From assembly GCA_010909165.1 (NCBI GenBank), contig MU008157.1:496001-560000 (forward strand): a stretch of 64,000 nucleotides of DNA, written 5' to 3'. Position 1 is the stretch's first letter; each line of letters opens with the position of its first letter. Below the pieces are notes generated by a model. It saw only the letters and a list, made by a program, of their open reading frames with translations. It searched no databases and was not told the origin of the DNA. The stretch comes from Anthoceros angustus (lineage: Eukaryota; Plantae; Anthocerotophyta). The translations under genes were made by a program, and so were the position numbers. Of this stretch, positions 21,581 to 33,306 are shown piece after piece.

Positions 21581-22174
21581 TAATATTGAATCCAACCATT
21601 TCAACTACATGTTCATAATCAGTGCGCTCTGCATCCATCTCACGCCAAATACTACCTATTTGGGATGTTTCCTGTTCATACTTCGCTGATCTAACGATCT
21701 ACACAGGAGAGCCATAGAACTGCCATCTCCGTGTCAATTGTACAATCCTGACTTTGAAAGGTCCTATTGAAGCACAATACTTTGCTGCCCTGCGAAGACG
21801 GTGACTGTATTCAGCTACTGTATCCTGTCATGGCTCTGTCGCCTGAACTATGCACATTTCCGAGCCTCTTTCTCCCTTCCACAAGGTTAGGATTCCTGTT
21901 GCCACAGATCAGATAAGGACTGCTCTCGATTAGTACCAGAACATGTCCAAATTCCAACAAGTTTCACAATGACCACTAGGACGAGCAACCCACCGTCAAT
22001 TTCAGAAAGAAGTTTGCGAGGACCATGTCGCATGACGTATATCACTCCAGATCTCCACATTCACACGATGTCCTTGGCGCACTCCAATGACGGGCCCATC
22101 ATCCCTACCTCACTGCTACGTCTCGTGGCCAAAGTTTGAACCTGCAAGTGCAACTCTGCTCCTACCACAAACAG

Positions 22175-24689
22175 TCACCGAGCTTCAGTCGCCGAAAATC
22201 TGCGTTGCACTTCCATCTTTAGTCCCTTGGACCCGTTGAAGTTCATAGTGATATCATACTGCACTGGAATCAATTGACTGGTAGGGTGCAACGGCTTGAA
22301 TCTGAATCTCTGCAATAGTGTGGCGGCCATAAGCGTGACAGACATTTGGGCGAAGGAGGCCCCCAAACACATACGGGGGCCCGCACCGAAAGGTAGCCAT
22401 TGGAATTTATGGTGTTGGGCTTTGGCTGTAGGCGAGAATCGGTCAGGATCGAAGGTGAGAGGATCAGCCCATATCCGAGGGCAGCGTCCGATGGCGTAGG
22501 ATGACATAAACACAACATCACCTGCCACCAGCACAGCACAACGTGAAGGCAATTAGCACAACATTGAACTGTATCAAGGAACTGTATGGTGGACACGACA
22601 GAAAAGCCTTTTTGTGCTGCGCCCACCTGACTTGATGGGGTGTCCGGAGGGCAGCACATCGTCCTCTTTAGCCTCCCGAGGAAACACTGGTATGGCTGGA
22701 TACAACCTCATGGTCTCCTTCACGCACTGCGTGAGGTACGGCAGTCGCTCTAAGTCCTCGTATGCAGGAGGGCGGCCACCCAACACGGTGTCCAGCTCTG
22801 CTGCTACCTTGCGCTCGACCTCAGGATGCGCTGCACACAACAGTTGGTGTCACACCACCATGTCATGCCAAAGCTTCGGTGACAAAATGGTTCCAAGCCA
22901 GAGCTCAAGACAACAGTAGTACCGGATATGCAGTACAGGGCTGCTGCTGTTGTTGTCGCTGTTGTCTCATGACCCGCCCCCATGACGTCATGGACATCCT
23001 CCCACAGCTCCTCGTCAGTCATAGGGCTGCCATCCTCATCAACAGTCTGCAGTAGCACACCTAACAGAGAATCGTCATGGTCGGCACCAGCCGCCAGAGC
23101 CTCACGACGCCCCTGCACACCACAAGGAAGGAACGGTCTAATTCCCAGTCAGGACAAAGGGCCACGTTAAACACGCTTCCAGGCCATGGCCTACCGAGCA
23201 GAAGTAAACAGGGTAGCACACGCCCCACCTACCTGTATGACCTCCAGCATAGACTCCCTCATGGTCTTCACAGACTCCTCAAGCATGCGCAGCTGTGGGA
23301 ACCCGATCTGCCCCAGAAACTTGAGCACGGGCAACGGAGTAATAAAAACCTGCAAAGACAGCCCACCTCGGTCATCATCCATTCCGGATTCCAGGCTAGG
23401 TCCTGAAACCTTGCAATTGCACTCCAGAAGCAACCCACCTCAGCGAGGACTTCCCCAAACGTGTTAACCGCCCACAAGAGACGGTCTGTGCCCTCCCGGT
23501 GATCGTTGGCAGCCCCGGACATGTCCCTCTGGATGCGCTCCGTCTGCTTGAAGTCATGATTGAAGGCCACCAGGCCAACAACGTCCAGAGTGAGCCGCTG
23601 CGTTTGTGTGGCCATATCCGTGCAGAAGCCCGCGCCACCATTCTGCTGCCATATGTCGGCCAGCTCAACTGACCTGCATCAAACCATCCATCGTTTGTGA
23701 CGAAATCCGACTCGGGCACAGATGATTGAGGAATAGATTACAGAACAATAGCGCTGTACCTGGCGACCACCACCTGAGCAAATTTCTGCAGCTGCGCCTT
23801 GCTGCGGAAGGGCGGTTGACACAGTCTCCTGTGCTTGGCGTTGTAGTCCCCCTGGGACCCAAGAATCCCCTTCTCGTGGGTCACGTACTTGTAAATGTCC
23901 TGGCAGAATCAGGCACGATCAGGATCGACACCTGGGTCACAGAAGCTGACAATCCCTGACAAACCAGGACTCACTGGGAGATAGCGCATGCCGTAGTTCC
24001 GCACGTTGGTGGCACACACATGCTGGATGAGGTCTGGGGAGTTGAGAAACACCCAGCTCGTCGCATTATTCAAAGAGGCTGGATTGGCGAATCTGCAGGA
24101 GGACGTGAGGGAAGAGGATGGTCACAGGAAGGACCCAACTTCCGGCGCACCAGCCGAAGGATTGAAAAATTCCCTGCCAGAAATTGCGCACCGATCGTTC
24201 CAGTTCCTACCTGCAGATCGGCCCGTACTTCAGCGAGAAACAGAGCATGGCTTCGTGCAGCCCGTGGAAGAAGATGCGGCTGACGTCCACAAAGGAATCC
24301 AGGCTGAAAGGATGCGGCCCCGGGATGGGCAAGCCATCGGGCGCTGCCGGTGCAGACCCAGGACTCAGAGTCGGAGAAGGTTGTCCGGCGAGGCGGGTGG
24401 TGAGCTGGGTGAATGGGCAGCCGGCAGCTCCGGCGCTGCTGACAATCTCTGCAGCTGCCGCGCTTCCTGCCTGGGCCGTACGGCTGTTGCTCAAAGCCTT
24501 GCCGGCCACCTGCGCACGCAGCGTTAGAGAGTTTCTACTTCCGCATCCGCATTGTTCCTGCCGCCATCTCGTATCCAGAGCCACACCCAGATTGCTGCTC
24601 CTGCCCGAGATGGCCAGCAGGCTCATGTTGGTGCCGGGTTGGGACAAGTGCGAGCAGGCCACGGTTTCGAATCCGGAAGCGGGCAACAT
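22175..24689 (-). CDS. Cytochrome P450 with N-terminal transit-like peptide (CYP97/CYP746-like), multi-exon; alternative start at 24626
   Basis: I-helix AGHETT, ETMR, FDPDRF, heme motif PFGAGPRMCLG, and a Ser/Ala/Arg-rich N-terminus. The family assignment is from memory and unverified. Confidence 0.85.
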
Positions 24690-25039
24690 GTATGTTGAGG
24701 TTCTGTGGATTGGCAGAAGCGTGCATAGATTTCTCAACTATTTGGCATTCGGAGCTGGACTCCAAATGCCCAATAGGGGCCTGATCGGAGGACTTCGGGA
24801 GCTCCGAGCGTCGGGAAGGAATTGGGTCATTGTTCGGGAGCCTCCAACAGTCCGTTCTGGCGGGGAAACGTGCCGCCCTCCCGGGGATTGGACAACTGGA
24901 TTCGTCGAGTCCGACGTGGCATGCCGAAGCCTATCCGCTTGCAAAAATCTCAGCTGGCATGGTCCCGACCAATGGCATATGTGATGCTTGGATCTGATTG
25001 TACGCCTGCACTACCTAGCTCGATATCGAGATATCTTCA

Positions 25040-25495
25040 CGGATATACGTATACCCATTGCCTATACGTGGTAATTCATGCAAGCATTTGAAGAGCTTAC
25101 ATGCCGAGCTTATGGCGGCCCTGCATAAATGTATCAATGTCGCTTGCTCTCAAAGGGGCACGCCTTCATCCCTCGCAATTGAGATATATGGGCCATGGGC
25201 AAGGCCTTTTCTAAGTGGGAGGGAGTACCACTGCTTACGAAGAGGGTTGGCCTCATCTTTCATGTATTTTGGCTTTCTACAAGCAATGGGTGTCCATCGT
25301 CCTGCAGCGGGCATTGGCCAATGTGGTGCAGAGGATGACGGCAAATGCAGCGCAAGCGGCTTCTTCGGCACCGGTGGTGGGTAGGTCCTTTCGTATCCCT
25401 GATTTTGATATCCCATGGTCTGGTGTCCTCCTAGAGGTTGTTTCGCCCTTCTCTTGGGGTAGATGGGTTTTTCCATCTCTTTTTCATAATAAAGT
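25040..25495 (+). mobile_element. Decayed 3' end of an RLE-type (CRE-like) non-LTR retrotransposon
   Basis: Frameshifted FIP/LAIEIYG and FYKQWVSIVLQRALANVV, ending near AATAAA. Confidence 0.6.
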
Positions 25496-25779
25496 GTCCA
25501 GGGCTACTCTCAAGACAACTTCAATCAATTCAATGAAGGTCTTACACATCTTTCGGCCCTTGTTGGAAACAAACAAGCTCAAAGCTGAGGGCGTTTTTGT
25601 ATGGGCGAGAGGAGCCAGCAAACCTTTCCATTAACAGAAAAGAAGCGGATTGAAAATGGCTATTTTCAAAATAGCCATTTTGAAAATTATTTCTAAAGAA
25701 AATCCTCAATCTCAATCCTTAATCTTGCAATGCTTCTTGGCTAAAAATAGAAGAATCTTGGAATGCCAGCGTTAAAACA

Positions 25780-25960
25780 AACTTCACTTCTCCGGTTGCC
25801 TCTATCCACCTAGACCACATTATATTAGAACAGAACTTGATAAATTTATCAAAGTTTGTAGCCAACGTCCCATAAGTGTCCAAAGCAAGCGGATGAAGAA
25901 GTGATCTGACTGCATTCCCCTATACTTAGTTATTCTTCCTAAATACGACATTGTAGGTGC
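25780..25960 (-). mobile_element. RLE-type retroposon fragment
   Basis: TKYRGMQSDHFFIRLALDTYGTLATNFDKFIK. Confidence 0.6.
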
Positions 25961-26439
25961 AGTCAGTGACTTTCAGTAGGGAGCTTTGCTGTTCCTTTTC
26001 ACCACGACCCCTAAGGCCGCCTTTGGATGTTCTCTGCAGGATGAGCTTTTCCCATTAAATTTTTCCCTCAATAAACATTGGCTTTTCATATTATTCCAAT
26101 GTGTCTCACACGTTTGGTTTCCAAACTTTACGTTTTCATTTCAAAGACATTCTTTTATTTTCCTTTTGTTATTGCCCTTTCCATCATGTGGATGAGTACG
26201 TCTATTTGTAGCGTGTGTGTTTCTCGATACCTGCCCCAATGCAGCAATAATGCTCTCATAACTCTAATTTCACGTGGCTAGAGTTGTTGCGGTTATTTAG
26301 TTAACCCTCTTGGATTATTTAATTAACCTATCACCAGGTAATGATTTAACCTCAAGTTAGATGACTTATATATAAAAGATCAATTTTTTCATATTCAATT
26401 AATTATCTCTTGCATTTTTTCCTGTAATTTAACATGGTA

Positions 26440-27190
26440 TGGGAGCCATCGAAAACTCTATAACTAATATGACTGGGACAATTTGTTGCTCTAAGTACAC
26501 TGGTAGGCATACATCCTCTGATGCATGTGTCCTGGTATATTTAATGAACATTTGCCTCTACACATTCTCCAAGTTCATCAAGGCTTGTGCCAAGAAATAC
26601 CACAACCGCAAGAATGGGGTTGGTCTCCCCCTTTCCTATATGATGGCTTTCTTCACCCTGTAGAGGACATTGACCAACGCAGTGTACAGGATGACAACAA
26701 GCGTAGGGGATGCAGCATCTTTGGCACCAACGGTAGGTAGGCCCTTTCATATCCCCGGTCGCGACATTCTCAACACAATGGGTAGATCGGAGATAGGCAG
26801 TCACGGGGGCTAGTGCTTGTGCCCTCCAGAGGATTGTTCCCCTTTGTCTTAGGATAGATAATATTTCGTACCTTTTTTCTTACATAAAGTCTCCACGTTT
26901 TCCTTACACATTCACCAGCAGATCAGATGGTCCTAACTATGAATCGAGAAATTTCTAGAAAAAAATTTCACTACTCTCCAGAAATGGTAGCAGATGTGAT
27001 GGTTACTCACCTACACGGTGAACACGTATTCCTAAACTATCCAAGTTGGGGAGTAGCTGGAGCAATGACTTTCAAGGTTACTAAGTATAGGGGAATGCGG
27101 ACTGGCCACTTCTTCATACTGCGTGCCTTGGAAACTTATGGGGCATTGGCTAAAGACTTTAATAAATTTATCAGGGTCTTTCATTCAAAT
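26440..27190 (+). mobile_element. Two further RLE-type retroposon fragments (26440-26890 and 26983-27190)
   Basis: FSKFIKACAKKYHNRKNGVGLPLSYMMAFF and VADVMVT...KYRGMRTGHFFILRALETYGALAKDFNKFI. Confidence 0.6.
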
Positions 27191-28031
27191 TCAAAATGTT
27201 GCCAAGGTGAAGTTTTTGTATGATTGTTTTGCCCTTCCTATTTCATTTGGAGTTGGTCTGATTCTATGTTTTTGGCAGATTTCGAACCCATCATTGTGCC
27301 AAGTGATTGTGATGAAACGTCTGAAGTGCAACAGGACAGAAAGGTGGCCATATTGCCATCTCTGGATATGGTATTGCAGAATGGGAATGGCATTGGAAAT
27401 TCAAGCAGTTTTGAGCAGAGTCTTGCTGATACCTCCCGAGAACGGGAGTTAGATAGAGAGAAACAGGAAAGGGAGTTTCAACGGCAAAAAGATTTAGAGG
27501 TACTGAATGAGAGGCAGAGGCGCAAAGCTGTTGAACTACGAGTGTCCAAGCAAAGAGAGAAAGCTCTTGAGATTCAGAGGCGAAAAAATGTGGAAAGAAG
27601 ACAAGAACACTTGAAACATCAAGAAAAACTCAAACAGCAGCAGAAAGAGCAGTAAGAGATTCGAAGATTGTAGTGGAAAAGGCAACAGCAGCATAAGATT
27701 GATAATGGGCCTCGAAGGGTGCCCACTGCCACCCAGGAAGACCCGTCAGGATCAGTAAGTAATCTTATCCTCCCTTTATTACTTATAGTAGAGTGAAAAC
27801 TAATGTTTGTGTTTGATTAGGTTGTGAACTTACAGGAAGATGAACAATTTCTTCGAAGCCCTCAGCTTCATCGATTTCTGGCCAACTATGATAATGTTGG
27901 ACAAGTTGTGCCAATCAAACCAAGTGGTCGTGAAAATTACATTTTCAATTTGTATAATTGTACAGTCAATTTTCCAAAATAAGGTGAGTATCTTTGCTTA
28001 AGTATCTGTGCATCTATTACCTAACGTATTA

Positions 28032-28640
28032 CCACCCAGGATGCCATTCATGACGTTATATTTGCAATGACTTGTGAAAGTGGTTATATGGCTTGGAGGG
28101 AGCGTTGGTATGCTTTACATATGGAGCCAACGGTCAGAGCCGACTTGTACCTTGTCCGGGGTGACCAAGTCTCAGTCGCAGACGTGGTGGTTATTTATCC
28201 TACATGGGATTCCACCTTTGAATAGGTTATCCTAAACCATCCAGGCTGGGCGGCAACTAGAGCAGTGGCTTTCAAGATTAGGCCTACAAATAGTTAAGGA
28301 AGAGGAGGATGCATCACCTACAATTGTATCTTTGTGGATGATCATCGTGGAAAAGACCCATTAAAGGGAAATTGAGACCCGCTGTTTAAAGAACGTAGTG
28401 AAGTAGGAAAGGATCAACCTTATACCGTGACTCCGGGCGTAATAAGCTTTGGCGCAAGACTTGATAAATGCATTGAAATCCTTAGTCATCGCCCCATATG
28501 TTTCGAGGGCGAGAGGAATGAATTGGTGGCACGTTTCCATCCCGCTATATATCTTGACTTTGAGAATCGCCGCTCCGACAGCAGCCCAACTTGGACAGTT
28601 AGTGATTACCTGTGCAGAGTTGGTGTCAGGAGAGACAAAG
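28032..28640. mobile_element. Two convergent RLE-type retroposon fragments (28032-28283 +, 28361-28640 -)
   Basis: + strand: QDAIHDVI..RE..VRADLYL..VADVVV. - strand: HQFIPLALETYGAMTKDFNAFIK...FFKQRVSISL. Confidence 0.65.
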
Positions 28641-29129
28641 GAGGGGAGGGCGAGGAGCGGATCCTCTATCTCTCCTTCGCACTCGCTGCTGCCTAATATG
28701 GAAACGGTTTTATGGAACACAATGTACGAATATACATTTCCTATTGACATAAGTATGTTTCAAGTCTCATGGAACACAACGCATGCATACACATTTCCTA
28801 TTGACATAAGTATGTTTCGAGTAACACAACGTTACACAAGTAGTATGTATCTTCACTACAAACCCTTCGTAAAATATTGTACTTAGTTGTATTATTTTCC
28901 CTCCCTTAAAAATTATTAGCTTAAGGTGAGAACTCTCCAAAAATTTCTCGAATCCGATATTAGGGGAGTTGATATCTGCCTTCGCATGGAATACATGCAC
29001 TCCCTTTTCACTCTCCAACCATTGATTCTAGATCGTTCATTGAGAAGCTATTATCAAACAGACAAACTTGTTGGGGTGGGACAAGAGAGGAGAACAAATG
29101 CATTAGGCATAATTAAGAACTAGGGTCTC

Positions 29130-30490
29130 CAGCAATAAGCAATCTTACTAGAGTGTCGAGCAAGACTTTGCAATAAGCAATTTTACTAGAGAGTCAAGCG
29201 AGACGTTGCAATAAGCAATTTTACTAGGGTGTTGAGCAAGACGTTGCATTGCAGGTCTAGCGATAGGGTCACAATGTATACAACTTGCATAACGAGAGAA
29301 CTTGGGATGAACAAAGAGGTTCGCATATAAGATCCATATATAGTTATAGCTCACGACAAGAGTAGTTCACTGGCAGTGGCAAGAGTAGTTCACTGGTAGC
29401 GGCAGGAGTAGTTCACAGGCAGTGGCAGTTCACTGAAATTCACAACTCATCTCAACATAATGTTTTTAAGAGATCGTAGTTGGCTTGATTATGTCGAAGA
29501 TGGCTGATGAAGCAGTGGTCAGTCAACTTGTTGTGGAGAAGGCTGGGGAAGCAAGACGGCTGTAGTTTGCAACATCTGCTAACCAACCGTCGTATGCAAG
29601 AATGGTGGAAAAAATATCTGACGAAGACTCCATGGACCAGGATACGGAAAGGTATGAAGCACCAGCAGATAGAGAGGTTGAGGATGACGCAGATAGTAGG
29701 TTTTGCTTAAATGGCTATGATTCTTAAAGCCTAGTGAGAAGTTGTATGCTATAAAGTTTTAAGGGCTTGAATCTTCAATCAAAGAGAACCCTTGGATAAT
29801 TATTATCCATAGTTCCTAGAGAATTTTTTAATCTTTAGACATGGATAGCTAGCTAGTTGTCTTAAAAGAAAAGGATGTCCATTGTGTAGGATGGTGAGCC
29901 AATGTGGTCACGAAATATCTACCTAAAAAACTTTCAATACTTCTTCTTCTTGTGGATATTGCAACCACTACCACGGGTTTAGGCTCATCACCAGAGCCAG
30001 GATAATGGGTGAGCAAAGGATGAATTGGCTAAAAAAGAAAAAGAGAGTCCGGTGTGCAAGGTTGTATGCACCTCTCACACATTGTCCATCAACATGCACT
30101 AAACTCGGAACATTCGACAACTGAGCCTTATTCTGTTATCCAACCAAAACACTCGTTGCGATTTGACCCCATGAGATGCGTCCAAGATAGAGCCACATTC
30201 ACAGGTGAGAAGTAAGGAAGCCACTGGCTGAACCAAACTGGAAGCACATTGCACGAATAGTACCTTGGGTGGTAATACGTTTGACCCCATGAGATGCGTC
30301 CAAGGTAGAGAGCCACATTCACAGGTGAGAAGTGAGGAAGCCAATGGCTAAACCAAACTAGAAGTACATAGCTCTTGTGAAGGTTGTACGTAACCTAACA
30401 AATTAACTTGTGAAGTGAGGAAGCCATTGGCTGAACCAAACCGCAAGCGCATTGCTCTTGTGAAGGATGTAGGTGACCTAACAAATTAAA
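29130..30490. repeat. Short local tandem repeats (about 38-bp x3, 21-bp x3-4, and 75-120-bp units), probably a TE interior
   Basis: Repeated GCAATAAGCAATTTTACTAG, GAGTAGTTCACTGG and GAGGAAGCCATTGGCTGAACCAAAC. Confidence 0.7.
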
Positions 30491-30563
30491 ATTTTGGTGA
30501 TATTGAGGTACTCATAATATATCTCCATTTGGCCTAATAAGAACGTCATGATTAAGCATCCTT

Positions 30564-30677
30564 GGAGTGGATGCCCTTAGTACAAGTAGGGTAGGCATAC
30601 CATGGTACAAATTGTTAAGTACCAGGTCCATGACGGAAATCCATCCTTAGTGGACTTAAATAAAATTCTTCTTCTTC
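30564..30677 (+). mobile_element. SINE-like retroposon (slightly 5'-truncated), 170 bp downstream of tRNA-Met
   Basis: GGAGTGGATGCCCTT...CCTTAGTGGACTTAAATAAAATTCTTCTTCTTC. Confidence 0.85.
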
Positions 30678-30847
30678 ATAACTAGATTTTGGTACTACTT
30701 AGATACTCTTAACTTATTTAAATAATATTTTTCATATTTTAAAATTATATAGATTTCTAATTTTGAATTATATAAAAATTAAACATAATTTTTAAGATAA
30801 ATACATATACGGAAAAATTTTACCCTATCACATTGAAGAGGAAAAGA

Positions 30848-30932
30848 TGGGGTGAGAGAGGCTCGAACTCTCGACCTCAGGATTTCTCAGTAGCTATGAG
30901 ACCTACGCGCTAGCCAACTGCGCCACCACCCC
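30848..30932 (-). tRNA. tRNA-Met(CAT) elongator with canonical 11-nt intron
   Basis: Plant tRNA-Met(e) cloverleaf. Intron GCTACTGAGAA follows position 37, and TTTT lies immediately downstream. Confidence 0.95.
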
Positions 30933-31495
30933 TTGTTGTCTGCTATATCACTTTTATTATAAATATATAAAACAATGTATTTAAACAACACACATTCTTA
31001 CCCAACTGCACTATACCAGACTTAGTCTTCTCTTTTCGTGCTTCAAGAAATAAGATGACAAACCAGCGACTTGCATTGCCCAAAAAAACCGATCGGTCGA
31101 ACGACTGGCGCTCTCGTTTTTGGTTTGTTCCAAGAGTGTGGTCGGCCTGGATCGGAGCTGCCTATTTACAAGGCCACCTGCTGGATGGCAATGGGATCAC
31201 AGAAGAGGGGGCGAGCTCACTCGATGCTCGCACCACAAGCATACACCGACACTACTGACCTAATAATCTACGAAAACTTGCTTGCTCCTGCATTTCTGCA
31301 GACTGGATCGCTGTCGGGCACCTCATCATGATAATGAGTCCAAGAAGTTGGGCCGAGAACCGCTTGAACCGACCTTGAATCGGTTCTGCAACTGAATCGA
31401 GATCTGAAACTCGAGCACAGATGAGCCAGAATGGTGACTGAAAGGCATGCGTCATGTCGGGAAGGAATCGGGAAACCGCGCGCCATCCTGCTGCT

Positions 31496-32579
31496 TCAAG
31501 GCGCCAATGCACAAGCCTGCGTCGCCGGATTCCACACCGCGGGAAGCAAAAACGTCCTCTTCTTGATCCCAATCGCATTGTAGGAAGCTCCAGTGCGGGC
31601 GTCCTTCTGCAAATCCCCCGGCCAGCCAGGAAACGCTCCCGGCCCGAAGTTCCCCGCGCACGCCGTGGCCGCCTCCAGCGGCAGCCGCCCGTCCCCCTGG
31701 TAGAACCCGTTTCCCAAGGGATTGGTAGCAGCTCCCGCCAGCACCGTGGCGATGTTGATCACCATCCCGTCCACCCCGACGTCGCCGTTGGGAGGCTGCA
31801 GCGGCTCGAAGTCTGGAGCTCCCGGGAACGATGGCCTGGCGAAGGGCCAGGCGCACATCCCCGGGCACTGCTTCCCCGCGTTCCCGACCCAGGCGTACGG
31901 CACCCGCACTTCCGCCTTCTCCTTCTCCTTATCCCCCGCCTCCACCTTCACGTAGCTGTGCGCGCCGCACGAAGAGACGCAGAAATCCTCCACCACCACG
32001 TCCTCGGCCGTGAGCAGGAGAAGCACGCTGTTCTCCGCTGCCGGGATGGCGCCGCTTTGTAGCGCCTTCTCCACCAGGATGCCGAGATCCGATCGCTTCA
32101 GCTTCTTTCCAAGCATCCGCGCCCCCCGGTCCTCGATCTGCCCCGCCAGCTCCAGCTCCGGCTCCACATCCGTCACCGTCACATCTTCCTCCCCTCGCAA
32201 TTTCTTCTTGTACCCGCTCACCAGACTCCACCACTCCCGCACCGTGGCCCCCGCCGTGACCTCCCGGCCCGGACACGGATCGGAGGAAATTCACGACCGT
32301 GTGCTTCTGCGGCTTGCTGAAGCTCCCGTACCAGAGGATGTAAACCTTCACGCCTCCCAGCACGGGCCCGCCGTGGTAATCAAGAAGGAGAGGCGCCTCC
32401 GGGACCAGCCCCAGGAGCTTGCGGCTAACGAACGCATGCCTCGGCCTCGGCCCTGGGCCAGCCCCCTCCTCCGCCGTCGGCTCCCTCTTTCTCAGAAGCC
32501 TCCCGCTCTCCGCCGGCGACACCGCCATAGCCAGCAGCAGCAGCAGCATCGCACACAGCCCCACCCTCAGCGCCGCCAT
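31496..32579 (-). CDS. EXORDIUM/Phi-1 family secreted protein with a 1-nt frameshift near 32265
   Basis: Signal peptide, LDYHGGPVL, VYILWYGSF, then WVGNAGKQCPGMCAWPF, PPNGDVGVDGMV, ATNP, LEAATAC and FLLPAVWNP in the shifted frame. Confidence 0.85.
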
Positions 32580-33306
32580 GACGATGCGGTGGATGGACAC
32601 AGCATACGGCAATTCCTCTTGCTTGCAGGAGCGTGTGAGCTCTGACAAGCCTGATGGAATTGGTGGAAGAAGTCCGCAGAATCGCGCACAGCGAGAGGAA
32701 TGGAATGAGAGGGAGCGGGAGGAAGATGCAGTTTAATGCAGCGCGAGGCGAGCGAGTCGACTCCAAGAAGAGCGGATCGTGAAGCTTCGCAAAACCAGGT
32801 GGAATGGCTGCCATCGCCGGCTCCGGCCCCGGCCGAGGGGGCAAGGGGTTTATGGAATTACAGGACGCAGTATTCGCTGTTGCGATTGCGCGCGATTCGG
32901 TGGCGCGTGAGGATTTCCGACCGGGCGCGGAAATGATTGTGCCCTACGCTGGCGTGCGCTGGCAAAGCACACCCGTCAGGGCAGCAAAACGACAAACGTT
33001 AACTCAACCTACCGTTGACCTACTGTAACCCCGTGGCGTAACCCCAGCATGCCTGACGTTTCGTTCGGGTTTCTTTCCTTCAACATGGAAGCGTTTCGGG
33101 TTCACCATACATGCCATGTGAGTCCTTCTACCAAGACAGACACATGTACAGACGTAGCACATGAGCGAAGACTCGGAGCTAGGCGGAGACATGCAAATGC
33201 TCTGTCATGCTTTGTCCTGTGTATGCTTCCGCTGTGGAACAAGAATCGCGAAATCCTGCACACATTTTCGACAGATTATTGCATGTGGGTTCCCTGGAAT
33301 GTGTGT

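Noticed and set aside
27224-27990. Coiled-coil host gene
   Set aside because: Low complexity, with in-frame stops following. It is embedded among TE fragments and cannot be assigned.
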